Of a stretch of DNA of 64,000 nucleotides, positions 9,881 to 20,485 are shown one piece after another (positions within the stretch are counted from its first letter, which is position 1; each line of letters begins with the position of its first letter). The notes under the pieces were generated by a model. The model had not been told where the DNA came from. It did no database searches and saw nothing but the letters and a program-made list of their open reading frames with translations. Source of the DNA: an uncultured Chloroflexia bacterium (GTDB lineage: Bacteria > Chloroflexota > Limnocylindria > QHBO01). The position numbers and the translations under genes were made by a program. The stretch is from positions 16,121 to 80,120 of the forward strand of contig CAVRFT010000002.1 in assembly GCA_963720505.1 (NCBI GenBank). Reading direction: 5' to 3'.

Positions 9881-12800
9881 ATGCTCGTGTGCCCCAGCTG
9901 CGGTCGGGAGAACGCCGACGACGCCCGGTTCTGCAACAACTGCGCGACCGCCCTGAGCCCCGTGCCCGTCACGCGCAAGGAGCGCAAGTTCGCGACGGCC
10001 CTCTTCGCCGACCTGGTGGGCTCGACTGCGCTCGCCGAGCGCGAGGATCCGGAGGTCGTCCAATCCGTCGTCGGGCGCACCTTCGACCGGCTCTCGGAGG
10101 AGATCGGCCGCTACGAGGGACTTCTGGAGAAGTTCATGGGGGACGCCGTCCTGGCCGTCTTCGGGGTCCCGCGTTCCCACGAGGACGATGCCGAACGGGC
10201 GGTTCGCGCCGGCCTGGAGATGCAGGCGATCCTGTCCGAGCTGAACCGCGGGTTCGCGGCCGAGGGCAAGCCGAACCTGAAGATGCGCATCGGGGTCGAG
10301 TCCGGCGAGGTCCTCGTCGACATGGAGCGCGCGTCCGGCCCACGTGACCGGATGCTGACGGGCGACGCCGTGAACACCGCCGCGCGCCTCCAGACCGCGG
10401 CCGAGCCGGGCCAGATCGTGGTTGGTCCCAGCGTCTACGCCAGCACCAAGGACGTCATCGAGTACCGACCCATCGAGCCGCTCGAGCTCAAGGGCAAGGC
10501 CGATCGCGTCCCGGCATGGCACGCGCTGCGAATCAAGGCCCGGACCCGCGGCGAACGTGCGCGCCTTGGCCTCGAGGCGCGCCTGGTGGGACGCGACGAG
10601 GAGCTGACGGTCCTGAAGCAGACCTTCCAGCGGGTGCAGACCGACAGCCGGCCGGCGCTGGTGACCGTCATCGGACCCGCAGGCGTCGGCAAGTCGAGGC
10701 TCGTCGCAGAACTCGAGCAGTACGTGGAGGGGCTGCCCGATATCGCGTACTGGCGTCGGGGCCGATGCCTGGCATACGCCAATACCTCGTATTCAGCATT
10801 CGCCGACGCGATCAAGGCGCAGTGCGAGATCTTCGACGACGATTCCGCCGAGGTCGCGGCCGGCAAGGCGGAGGCGGCCGCGCGGGAGCTGTTCGGTGAC
10901 GACAGCATCGCCCCACAGCTGCGGGCGCTCGTCGGTGCCGGCGAAACGCGCGACCTGAGCCGCGAGGAGCTGTTCGAGGCCTGGCGCCGCTTCCTCGAAC
11001 GCCTCGCCGCCCGGTACCCGCTGGTCCTCGTCCTGGATGACATCCACTGGGCCGATGACGGGCTGCTGGACTTCATCGACCACGTGGTCGATTGGGCGCA
11101 GGGCCCGATCATGGTCATCGCCACGGCGCGCGGCGAGCTCCTCGAGAAGCGGCCCACGTGGGGCGGCGGCAAGCGCAACGCGACATCGACCTACCTGGAC
11201 CCGCTGTCGGCAGCCGAGGGCGAGGCGATGCTCGACGATCTGCTGCCGGGACCCATCCAGCCGGAGCTCAAGCGCGAGATCGTCGAGCGCAGCGAGGGCA
11301 ATCCCCTCTTCGTCGAAGAGATCGTTCGCAAGCTGATCGACGACGGCGTCCTCCGCGCGACGGAGGCGTCCCAGTGGGAGGTCGCGCGACCGATCGCCGA
11401 CATCCAGCTCCCGCGCTCCGTGCAGGGGCTGATTGCGGCACGCCTGGACGGGCTGCCGGAGGACGAGAAGGCAGTCCTCCAGGACGCGGCCGTGGTGGGG
11501 CGCGTCTTCTGGGTTGGTGCCCTGGCCGAGCTGACCGGCCGGCCCGATGGCCCAGGTGCGCGACGCGCTGGGGCGGCTCCGTGTGAAGGAGCTTGTCGTC
11601 CCGCACGAGCCCTCCTCGTTCAGGGACGAGTTCGAGTTCGCCTTCCGCCACGGGCTGATCCGCGACGGAGCCTACGACTCCCTGCCGAAGTCGCTTCGGG
11701 CCGACAAGCATCTGGGCGTCGCCAAGTGGGCAGCGGATCGGGCCGGCGACCGCGCCGAAGAGATCGCGGAGCTGCTCGCGACGCACGAGATCGAGGCGCT
11801 TGGCTACCTCGACGAGCTCGGGGAACGACGACCGGAGGTGGTCCGCGAGGCGTTCGATCGCGCGTGGGCTGCCGCTCGGCGCACATCGGCCCTGAGCCTG
11901 GGCGCGGAGAGCACGCACTGGTACCGGGAGGCAGAGCGGCTCGGCGATCGGCTGGAGATCTCGCTGGAGGAGCGCAGTCCACTGGTCCGCCAGCACGGGA
12001 CCGAATCGTGGGGCCGGGACAACGTGATCGAGAATGAACGCGTCGCTCGACGCGCTGTCGAAGTCTTCACCGCGCTCGGGGATGATCGCGGGGTTGGCTG
12101 GGCGGACGCCCACCTGGTTCTCCCCCTGATGCAGCAGTCCCGCCACGACGAGGCCGAGCAGGCGGGCCGCGCCGCGGTCCAGATCCTCGAGCCGCTCGGG
12201 GACAGCGAGGAGCTGGCAGACGCCATCCACCAGCTGGGCTGGTTCCTGTGGCGGCGCGGACGCGAGCCGGAAGCCGAACCCCTCCTGCGCCGTGCAATCG
12301 ACATCGCCGACCGGGTAGACGCAAAGGTTGTCCGCGCGCAGGCGACGCAGACGCTGGCCGTCTGCCTCTTCTCCCTCGACGCGTTCGCCGAAGGTCAGCA
12401 GCTCATGGAGGAGGCCTTCCGCCTGGCGAAGGAAGCGGGGAACAGCGTGAACCTCATGCGCGCCTACAACAACATGGCGGCAACCCGGGGCGCCACCGCC
12501 GGGCCCGGTGGGGACCGTCGACGTGCTCCGCGAGGGCCTGGAGCTGGCGCTGCGGTCCGGAACGATCGCCAACGGCGGTTGGATCGCAGGCAGCCTTGGC
12601 GACCTGCTGCAGCTCATGGGTCAGCTCGAGGAAGCCGAGGAGAAGCAGCGGCTCGCGCTCAGCCTTGCCCAGCGCGTGGGCGACGAACCCCTGATCGGCC
12701 AGCGGTTGGCCTCGCTGGCGATGGTCATCCTGTGGCGCGGACGCATCGACGAGGCGGTCACGATGCGGGACGAGGCAGCGCCGGTCATGGCGGCGAATCC

Positions 12801-13331
12801 GGAGCCGCAGGCGTTCCACTTCATCCCCGAGTTCGACGGCTACGTCAAGCTCGGGCGCCTTGACCGAGCGGGCGCGGCAGAAAAGTTCGCTGAAGCCGCC
12901 GATCACGTCCGCGCACACAGCATCGACACCTACCCGGAGATCTTCACCGAATGCGCGAGGGCGTTCCTTCTGCTCGGCGATCGGGAACGGGCGGGGACCT
13001 ACCGAGATCTCGACGCCTCGACCGCCTCCGTCCAGAGCGCGGTACACGCGCGAATGGTCGCCGGCCTGCTCGAGGCCGATCCGGCCAGGTCGGTCGAAAT
13101 CCTCCGCGAGGCCATCGCCGAGTACGAGCGGCTCGGCATGCGCCCGTACGCGGCACGCGCCATGGTCGACCTGGGCCGCGCGTTGGCGCGCTGCCGGCCA
13201 AGATCCGCATGAGGTCCTTGAGGCGGCGCGGGAGATCCTCACGGAGTGCGACGCGCGCCTCTTCCTGTTCGAGGTGGACGAGGCGCTCGCCGGCCTGGGC
13301 GACGCCGGAGTGGCATTACAACCGCCAATGA
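9881..13331 (+). CDS. Zinc-ribbon + class III cyclase + STAND ATPase + TPR protein; 3+ frameshifts, end approximate
   Basis: CPSC...FCNNC, LFADLVGST, EKFMGDAV, GDAVNTAARL, GPAGVGKS, LDDIHWAD, TPR-like C-terminus. Confidence 0.9.
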
Positions 13332-14444
13332 CTGAGCTGGCGGTGCGACGACGCGCGAGGTTGACCAAGCGCTAAAGCTCGGGGCAGGCGTGCTCGCGGT
13401 ATCGATCGGGTCGACCTGAACGGTTGCGCGCGGCGAGCAATCTACGCGTTCCTTGGCCTCAACGGATGGCGCGGCAAGTCGACCACGATCCGGATGCTCC
13501 TCGGCATGATCCGGCCACTACAGTGACGCAAGCGAGCTGTTGACGGCGATTGCCGATGAAAACGTTGGGCCTAACGGATAGTCCGAGTACATCTGGCGGC
13601 GAGTGGGCCACCTCGGACTGGAGAGCGCGACGAACCGAGCCTCGACGTGCCGTCGGCGGAAAACCCGAGGTCGCCCGGCGCATCTGGCCGGATGCGGACA
13701 AGTCGAGCGCGGCGAGTACTTCCTCGCGCTGATAGCTGCGCATGAACCTTCAAGGGCAGGGCTGCACGCGACCCGGGAGGTCGATCGGCACGCGTCGAGC
13801 AGCTCGTATGCGATCTCCAGCGCCTCGCGCTTCAGGTCGGGCGCTGCATCGCGACGGAGCCGGAATCCTTCGTCGTAGGTCTCAGGACGAGCCGGCCAGA
13901 CGGCCCGAAAGAACCAGCCGGCAGCTGATCTCGGCGAAAGTTCGCGAGCTTCATCCGCAAGAGCGGAAGTCTCGCCGCTGGGTCATCGACGTGCGTGAAC
14001 GGCGAACGGTCTTCAGTCGGGCTTCCACTTGCGAGCCAGGTGGATCGCAGCCAGCGTCGCGACGGGCTCAGTGCATGATCGCGAACCCTTGCGCAGGACG
14101 TCGAGGAGCTCGATGCTGACTCCAGAGGAATGCTGGCACGAAATGGCCGGATCGGCCATGCCCGCACTCGGCCGAGATCATCTGACAGCGCGCGATCTGA
14201 GAGCGTCGCGAGAACGGCCCTGCGCGCTCCAGGCGATCTGTCGCCGAGCGCGCCGGGATCCCGAGGGTCACGAGCATCTCGAGCTCCGCGAGCAGCGCGC
14301 GCTCGACGCGCCGGACCGATGAGATTGCTCGCCTGCTCGTGTCGGCTGGCGTGCCGCCGGCCACCTTGCGATCGGGCGCCAGTCGCCTGGAGGAGCACTT
14401 CATCCGGCTCACGACGACCGCCGATGCAGACGCAGGCGACGTGA
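13328..14444 (+). pseudogene. ABC transporter ATP-binding subunit (bacitracin/lantibiotic-exporter type); heavily indel-damaged, possibly an assembly artefact
   Basis: Fragments readable across frames: MTELAV..LTKR, FLGLNG.GKSTTIRMLLGMIRP, DEP, LEEHFIRLT. Lies immediately upstream of a matching permease. Confidence 0.65.
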
Positions 14445-15242
14445 CGACGCTCCGCACGGCGATCGGCGTGGAGCTGTTGAAGGCGCGACGGTCGCGCGTT
14501 CCCGTGGTTCGTGGCGTTCGCTGTTCACCGTGGCCCCGCTCGTGTGCGGCCTGTTCATGGTGATCCTCAAGGATCCGGAGATGGCGCGGTCACTGGGCCT
14601 GCTGGGTTCAAAGGCAGCGCTCACGGCCGGATCCGCCGATTGGCCGACGTTCCTGAGCTTGCTCGGGCAGGCCGTAGCCGTGGGCGGGGCCGTTCTGTTC
14701 GCGTTCCTGACGGCATGGGTCTTCGGTCGCGAGTTCGCGGATCGAACCCTTCGCAACGTGCTCGCAAGCCCAACGTCGCGCCGCAACATCGTGCTGGCGA
14801 AGGCATGGTCGTCGGGGCTTGGGGAATCGCGATCTCTTCCTGGGTGATGGCGCTGGGCATGGGCATCGGTGCGGCAGTCGGCCTACCCTCCTGGTCGAGC
14901 GACGACGCCCTCGGTGCGCTCGGCTCGATCGGCCTTGCCGCGGCCCTCACGATCGCGCTCCAGAGCGGCCCCGCCCTGGTGGCTGGCATCGGTCGCGGCT
15001 ACATCGCGCCGCTCGGCTTCGCCGTCCTGACAGTGGCACTCGCCCAGATCGTCGCCGTGCTCGGCTGGGGCGCATGGTTTCCCTGGTCGGTGCCCGCGAT
15101 CCTCGCGGGTGCGGGAGGCGCCGAGGTCGAGCCGGTCACGCTCGGCGGCGTGGCCGTCACCCTGGCGACTGCCGCAATCGGCGGCGGCTCTCGGCGGTGA
15201 GCCACTGTGGCGTGGTGGGAACGAGCGGACCAGACGGGCTGA
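14441..15242 (+). CDS. ABC-2 type transporter permease (BcrB-like); frameshifted
   Basis: VELLKARRSR, AWVFGREFADRTLRNVLASPTSR, GRGYIAPLGF, WFPWSVP; 6 TM segments. Confidence 0.8.
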
Positions 15243-15251
15243 GCGCCTCGC

Positions 15252-16237
15252 TCAGGAGACGGTGATCACGACCTTGCCTCGCGCCCGTCCCTCGTCGACC
15301 AGGCGCAGCGCCTCCACCACCTGGTCCAGCGGATAGGTCCGGTCGATCACCGGCCGCAGCTGCCCCGCCGCGATCAGCTCCTTCAGCCGATCCACGTCCG
15401 GCACGTTGAATGGCTTCCACCACAGCGCCAAGCCGCGTCCACTTGTCGCTGAACAGCGAGATCAGCGGCCCGCCGATCATGGAGCCCAGGATCGACCCGG
15501 TCTCGCCGCCGAGCGTGACGTACACGCCATGCGGGATTCAGCGCCCGCCGCACGCTCAGGATCGAATAGTGCGAATCGCACTCCAGGATCCAGTCCCAGC
15601 GCCGGCCGGAGCGCGTGTAGTCCACCGACTGGTAGTCGAGCACCTCATCGGCCCCGAGCTCGCGCACCATGTCCACCTTGGATCGGCTGGCCACGCCGGT
15701 CACGTGCGCGCCCATGGCCTTCGCGATCTGGACCGCGAACGGCCCGACATTGCCCGATGCGCCCACCACCAGCACCCGATCCCCCGCCTTGAAGGTGGTG
15801 CCGTCGCGGCGACGCAGTCCCTGCAGCGCGAGCACGGCCGAGTGCGGCAGCGTCGATGACTCCTCGAAGCTCATGCCCTCCGGGATGCGCTCGAAGGCAT
15901 CCGCCGGAGCCGATACGTACTCGGCGAAGCTCCCGCCGCCGTGGTTGGCGAGATCGGCGAAGACCGCGTCGCCGGGCTGCCATCGGGTCACGCCAGGGCC
16001 AACCGACTCGATCTCGCCGGCGACGTCCCAGCCCATCCTCGGATCCTTCGGCGCCCGGAACCCCAGGAACAGGCGCACGAATCCCGGTCGCGGCTTGAGC
16101 CAATCAAGGTCCGCCCGGTTGACCGATGCCGCCCGCACCCGGACCAGCACCTCCCCCTCGCCAGGGACCGGCACCTCGACGTCCCGGACTTCCACGACCT
16201 CCGGTCCGCCGTACCGATAGCGCTGCGCCGCCTTCAT
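15252..16237 (-). CDS. NAD(P)-dependent medium-chain dehydrogenase/quinone oxidoreductase-like protein; frameshifted
   Basis: YGGPEVV, VRAASVNRAD, GWDVAGEI, VLVVGASGNVGPFAVQIAK, C-terminal GRARGKVVITV. Confidence 0.9.
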
Positions 16238-16375
16238 GCCAACATCATCCCAGCCGCCGCCAGCCCATCCGCGCTGGCCCGTACCAATGGCCCATACCTG
16301 CCAGTTGGCGAGGAGCGCACGCTGCGGGTGGTGCGTCTGCGCACCGATAGGAACGACGCAGCAATGGGGTCTTGC

Positions 16376-17311
16376 ATGGTGTTCACAGGCTGGCGAACTG
16401 GGGTGGGCGGTCTCGCCATCGCGGCTCTCGTGTCCCTTCTGGGCACGGCCACGGTCGCAGCTGCAACCACGACGACCGAGTGCGGACTGTTTCGCGACTA
16501 CGTCGCCCCTGATCCGCTCGCGCCGACAGACGGTTCGATCTCGTTCGGACTGTCGGGCAGCCCGGAGGTCATCGCCGCCGACGCCGCGCTCGTTCCACCG
16601 GCCGACACCAACCTCTCCAGCCTGACGGGAGGCGCGCCGACGGCCTTGACGGTGGTTCGCGACGCCGGAAGCATCACTTCGCTCGCGTTCGCCCCATCGT
16701 GCGTCCTCAACGGCGACGTCACCTTCGTCCCGGACCTGTTTGGATCGGGAACCGATGGCTACACGGTCGACGACCGCCTGGTCGCGCCGGTCGATCTGAT
16801 GGCCATCAATGATGGCCTGGCCGCGCTCATTCCAACGGCGGCGGCCAATGCGACGCCGCTCTCGATCGAGTTCACCATCGACCTGAGCACCGGCGCGCCC
16901 AGCGCGTTTCACGCGGAGGTGACCCTGGTCGGCGAGGTCCAGCCGAAGCCAAACGGCGACGTGATGGTCGGCCAGGCCCGCCTTCCCGCCAGCGTCGTCA
17001 GTGACGAGGCACGTGATCTCCTGGTCCAGGCACGTCAGCTAGGCGTCCCCGCCACCGTCGAGGTCACCGGCGAGGGAGTTCCCGACCAGGGCAGTCCTGG
17101 CGGCGTAGCAATGTCGATCACGCTGGCCGTCAGCTTCCAGGCTCCCACGCCGTCGCCAAGCGATGGCGAAGAGATCCCTGACACGGCCATCGCAATGAGC
17201 GACCACGGCACGGTGCCAGTGCTACCCATCCTCGGCCTCGGCGCCCTGGCCACCGTCGGATGGGTGCTTGTCGCGCGGTCGGCTGACGGCCGACGGGCCA
17301 ACGCTCGCTGA
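16376..17311 (+). CDS. Secreted protein with C-terminal IPDTA-TM-basic tail
   Basis: Signal peptide, P/S linker, IPDTA at 17174-17188, hydrophobic helix, GRRANAR tail. Confidence 0.75.
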   Translation: MVFTGWRTGVGGLAIAALVSLLGTATVAAATTTTECGLFRDYVAPDPLAPTDGSISFGLSGSPEVIAADAALVPPADTNLSSLTGGAPTALTVVRDAGSITSLAFAPSCVLNGDVTFVPDLFGSGTDGYTVDDRLVAPVDLMAINDGLAALIPTAAANATPLSIEFTIDLSTGAPSAFHAEVTLVGEVQPKPNGDVMVGQARLPASVVSDEARDLLVQARQLGVPATVEVTGEGVPDQGSPGGVAMSITLAVSFQAPTPSPSDGEEIPDTAIAMSDHGTVPVLPILGLGALATVGWVLVARSADGRRANAR

Positions 17312-17324
17312 GTCGGCGGAGACG

Positions 17325-17645
17325 CTAAACCTGCCGGACCGACTCCAGGTTGGCGATGAGGATGGTCGCTCCCCCATGCCGCACCAGCGACGGCAGCTCG
17401 TCCTGCAGGCGGCCCTGCACGACTAGCGGCAGCTCGATCTCCCGGCTGGAGCAGTAGCGCTCGATCACTGCGACGACGTCGTCGACCTTGTCGTCGTCGA
17501 CCGCCAGCATCAGCGTCACGTTCTCGATACCCAGGAAGCCGCCGATGGACGGGATCTGGGTCAGCCGATGACCGGCCTCCTCGAGGGCGGTGACGACGTT
17601 CTCAGCGTCAAGCTTGTGCAGGACAACCAACAGGAGCTTTGCCAC
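17325..17645 (-). CDS. darA: Cyclic-di-AMP receptor, PII-like (DarA/PstA family)
   Basis: KLLLVVL..D, GGFL..ENVTLMLAVDDDKVDDV, GGATIL match the DarA/PstA fold motifs. Confidence 0.8.
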   Translation of the reverse strand: MAKLLLVVLHKLDAENVVTALEEAGHRLTQIPSIGGFLGIENVTLMLAVDDDKVDDVVAVIERYCSSREIELPLVVQGRLQDELPSLVRHGGATILIANLESVRQV

Positions 17646-17695
17646 GCCTGCAATGGTAAGGGTTGCCCGCACGAGCTCCGGCATACGATTCCGCC

Positions 17696-18988
17696 ATGCG
17701 CCAGAGCGACCTGACTGCTCTCCTCGAACGCCACGCCTCGCAGCATGGCGTGCCCGGAGCGGCTGTTGGGATCCTCCGCGACGGCGTGGCCACGACGTCC
17801 TACTCCGGAGTCGCCGACGTCGCGACGGGCGTCCCCGTCACGGCCGATACACGCTTCAGCATCGGGTCCCTCACCAAGTCCATGGTGGCGACGGTGGTCG
17901 CGCGACTGGCCGATGCAGGTCGGCTCTCATTGGAGGACCCGGTGGCGGCACATGTGCCCGAGTTGCGCGCGGTCGGCTGGGCCGGACACGCGACCATCCG
18001 AGACCTTCTCGCCAATCGCTCAGGGCTTCCCCTGACGGACGACCTCGAGTTCGGCTTCGAAGCCCGACCGGAACGCGACGACGGAGCGCTGTCGCGGCTC
18101 GCCCAGGACGTTGCCAGTGCCGAGCCGGCAGGCGCCTTCTGGTCGTACAGCAACGCTGGCTGGTGCCTGCTCGGCCGCGTCATCGAGACGGCCGCGGACG
18201 AAACCTGGGAGGACGCGATGCGGCGCCACCTGTTCGAAGCGCCGGGATGGACCAGACGACCTTCGCCACTGAGGATCCTTCCGTCCCACGCGCATCGGGC
18301 CACTCCGTCACCGCCGACGGTCCACGTCCGGTCGAGCCCTTGGTGGCTCGTGCCTACGGACCAGCCGGAGCGAGCGTCCTCTCCACCGTGCCCGACCTCT
18401 TGCGGTTCGCCGCGCCTGCATCTCGAAGACCCGTCGCTGGCGGCGCTGCGCGATGTGCATGCTGACGTCGCGATCCACGGCTGGTTCGATGCCTGGTGCC
18501 TCGGTTGGGCGTGGTTCGACTGGGATGGCGGTCAGGTGTGGGGCTGGGACGGCCTCATCAACGGCGAACGCTCCGTGCTGCGGATCGTGCCGGAGCACCA
18601 CGCCGCCGTCGTCCTGCTGACGAACAGCAGCAACGGCCGGGCGATGTATCGCTCGCTCTTCACGGAGCTGATGCCATCGGCATTCGGCATCACGGTCCCA
18701 CCGCTGCGCCTGGCGACCGGCAGCCGATGCGCCCGACGACCTCTCGCCGTACGCCGGCGTCTACGGATGGCCCGATCGACAGGTCCAGGTGACGGCCGCC
18801 GGGAGCACGTCTCCGAATCGAGAGCGAGAGCGGCGAGACGGAGGCGCGTCCGATCGACTCGCGGATATTCCTGGTAGACCCCGACGACCCGGACAACCCA
18901 ACGGTGACGTTCGGAGCATTCGATGCTGCCGGACGACCAACGGTTCTCTACGACGATGCTTTGGGGACTTCCCCGCCTCAGCGAATAG
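17696..18988 (+). CDS. Serine hydrolase, beta-lactamase class C family; frameshifted
   Basis: FSIGSLTKS (SxxK), LLANRSG, WSYSN (YxN). Confidence 0.85.
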
Positions 18989-19017
18989 GCGCCGCGACCG
19001 CGCGCCCCGTTGCCGCC

Positions 19018-19164
19018 GATTCCCAGTGTCGGCGGGACCAACGACGAAGAAGAGGCCGATTTCGCCCGAAACGGGCCCCAACTTGGTGCGGATTCCCATG
19101 ACCCGGGAATCGGCACCACGTTTCGCGGCGCTTACTTCTCCGTTAGTCCCCTGGGCTGGGAATC
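19018..19164. repeat. About 147-bp nested palindromic intergenic element, copy A (REP/MITE-like)
   Basis: Terminal IR GATTCCCA/TGGGAATC, sub-terminal GGGACYAACG/CGTTAGTCCC, central hairpin GGTGCGGATTCCC..GGGAATCGGCACC. Its reverse complement aligns with 41681-41823. Confidence 0.85.
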
Positions 19165-20380
19165 CCCGCCAAGCTGCCCTCGTCGCGCGCCCGACCAGGT
19201 ACCAGGTCTCCATCTCCCCCTTGCCCCTGACCTCGATGGTGCCCCGCGGCTCCAGCACGAACTCGTCCTTCAGCAGCTCGTAGGTCGACCGCGTGACCTG
19301 GATGCGGCCCGGCGTGCCGTGCGTCTGCATCCGGTCCGCGATGTTCACCGCATCGCCCCACAGGTCATACAGGAACCGCTTGCGGCCGATGACCCCGGCC
19401 ACCACCGGCCCGGAGTTGATGCCGATGCGCAGCTCCAGTCCCCGGTTCCCCATCGGGCCATTCGCAGCCACGACGCTGAGCATGTCCAGGCCGATCAGGG
19501 CCAGCGCTCGCGCGTGATCCTTCCGTGGCATGGGAATGCCGGCGGCAGCCATGTAGCAGTCGCCAATGGTCTTGATCTTCTCCACGCCGTCAGCGCTCCG
19601 CCAGCGCGTCGAAATGCCCGAACAGCTGGTCGAGCATCCCAACCGTGTCGGCCGGCGACAGCTTCTCGGCCATGGGCGTGAAGTCGGCGACATCGGCGAA
19701 GAGGATGGAGGCGGCGCTGAAGGAATCGGCAATTGGTTGCGGAATGGGCCTTCAACCGATCCGCAATCGAGCGTGGCAGCACGTTGAGCAGCAGGCTGTC
19801 CGCCTGCTCCTGCGCGTCCTGCCGCTGCTGCGCGAAGATCGCCAGCAAGGTGAACACGACCGCGCCGCCCACGATCACGTTCAGCGCGATCATGGTGGTG
19901 CTGAACCAGCGCGGCAAGGTGGATAGGCCGCCGGTCAGCTCGCCGGCGAATTCCCGCCCCCAGGAAGGCGACCGCGAAGAGGACGAACCAGCGGATGCTC
20001 GACCGGACGGTGCTGAAGACGAGGGCGCCCAACGGCCCCAGGATGCCCCAGATCCCAACGGCTCCGGAAGCCAGGAATCCGCCGGTGGGCCACATCGACA
20101 GGGTCGGCGCCAGGGTGATGGCCAGCAGCTGAATGAGCAGCACGAGCCCGAAGTTGCGCGTGAGCGCGAATAGGCCGATGGAGGCCGCCGAGATCGCGAA
20201 ATACGCATAGGCGACGACGCCGGATACCGCCCCCAGCGAGAGGTACAGGGTCCCCCACACCAGCGAGATCGGCAGGATGAGGACTGCCAGGTAGACCAGC
20301 AGCGCCTTGCGCTTCCGCGTCTCCTGGTCGTCGTTCGGATCGGCGCCGATGCGTCCCAGGCGATCCAGCAGCCACGTCAC
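19143..20380 (-). CDS. Membrane-anchored class III adenylate cyclase (about 6 TM); frameshifted, 3' end approximate
   Basis: TM region, then LFADVADFT, VEKIKTIGDCY, RIGINSGPVVAGVIG, YDLWGDAVNIADRM. Confidence 0.88.
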
Positions 20381-20485
20381 GATCCGAGCATAGCGATGGC
20401 CGAAGTCGCAACCCGCCATCGAGGCGCTATGAAACCGCGAGCTTGCGGCCCTATGCTGCATCGTCGTATGAGCCCATTTGAGCCG

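Noticed and set aside
19018-19164. Ends of an autonomous IS/transposon spanning 19018-41823
   Set aside because: Each copy is a self-contained palindrome, a third copy exists, the enclosed 22 kb includes typA, and no transposase is present.
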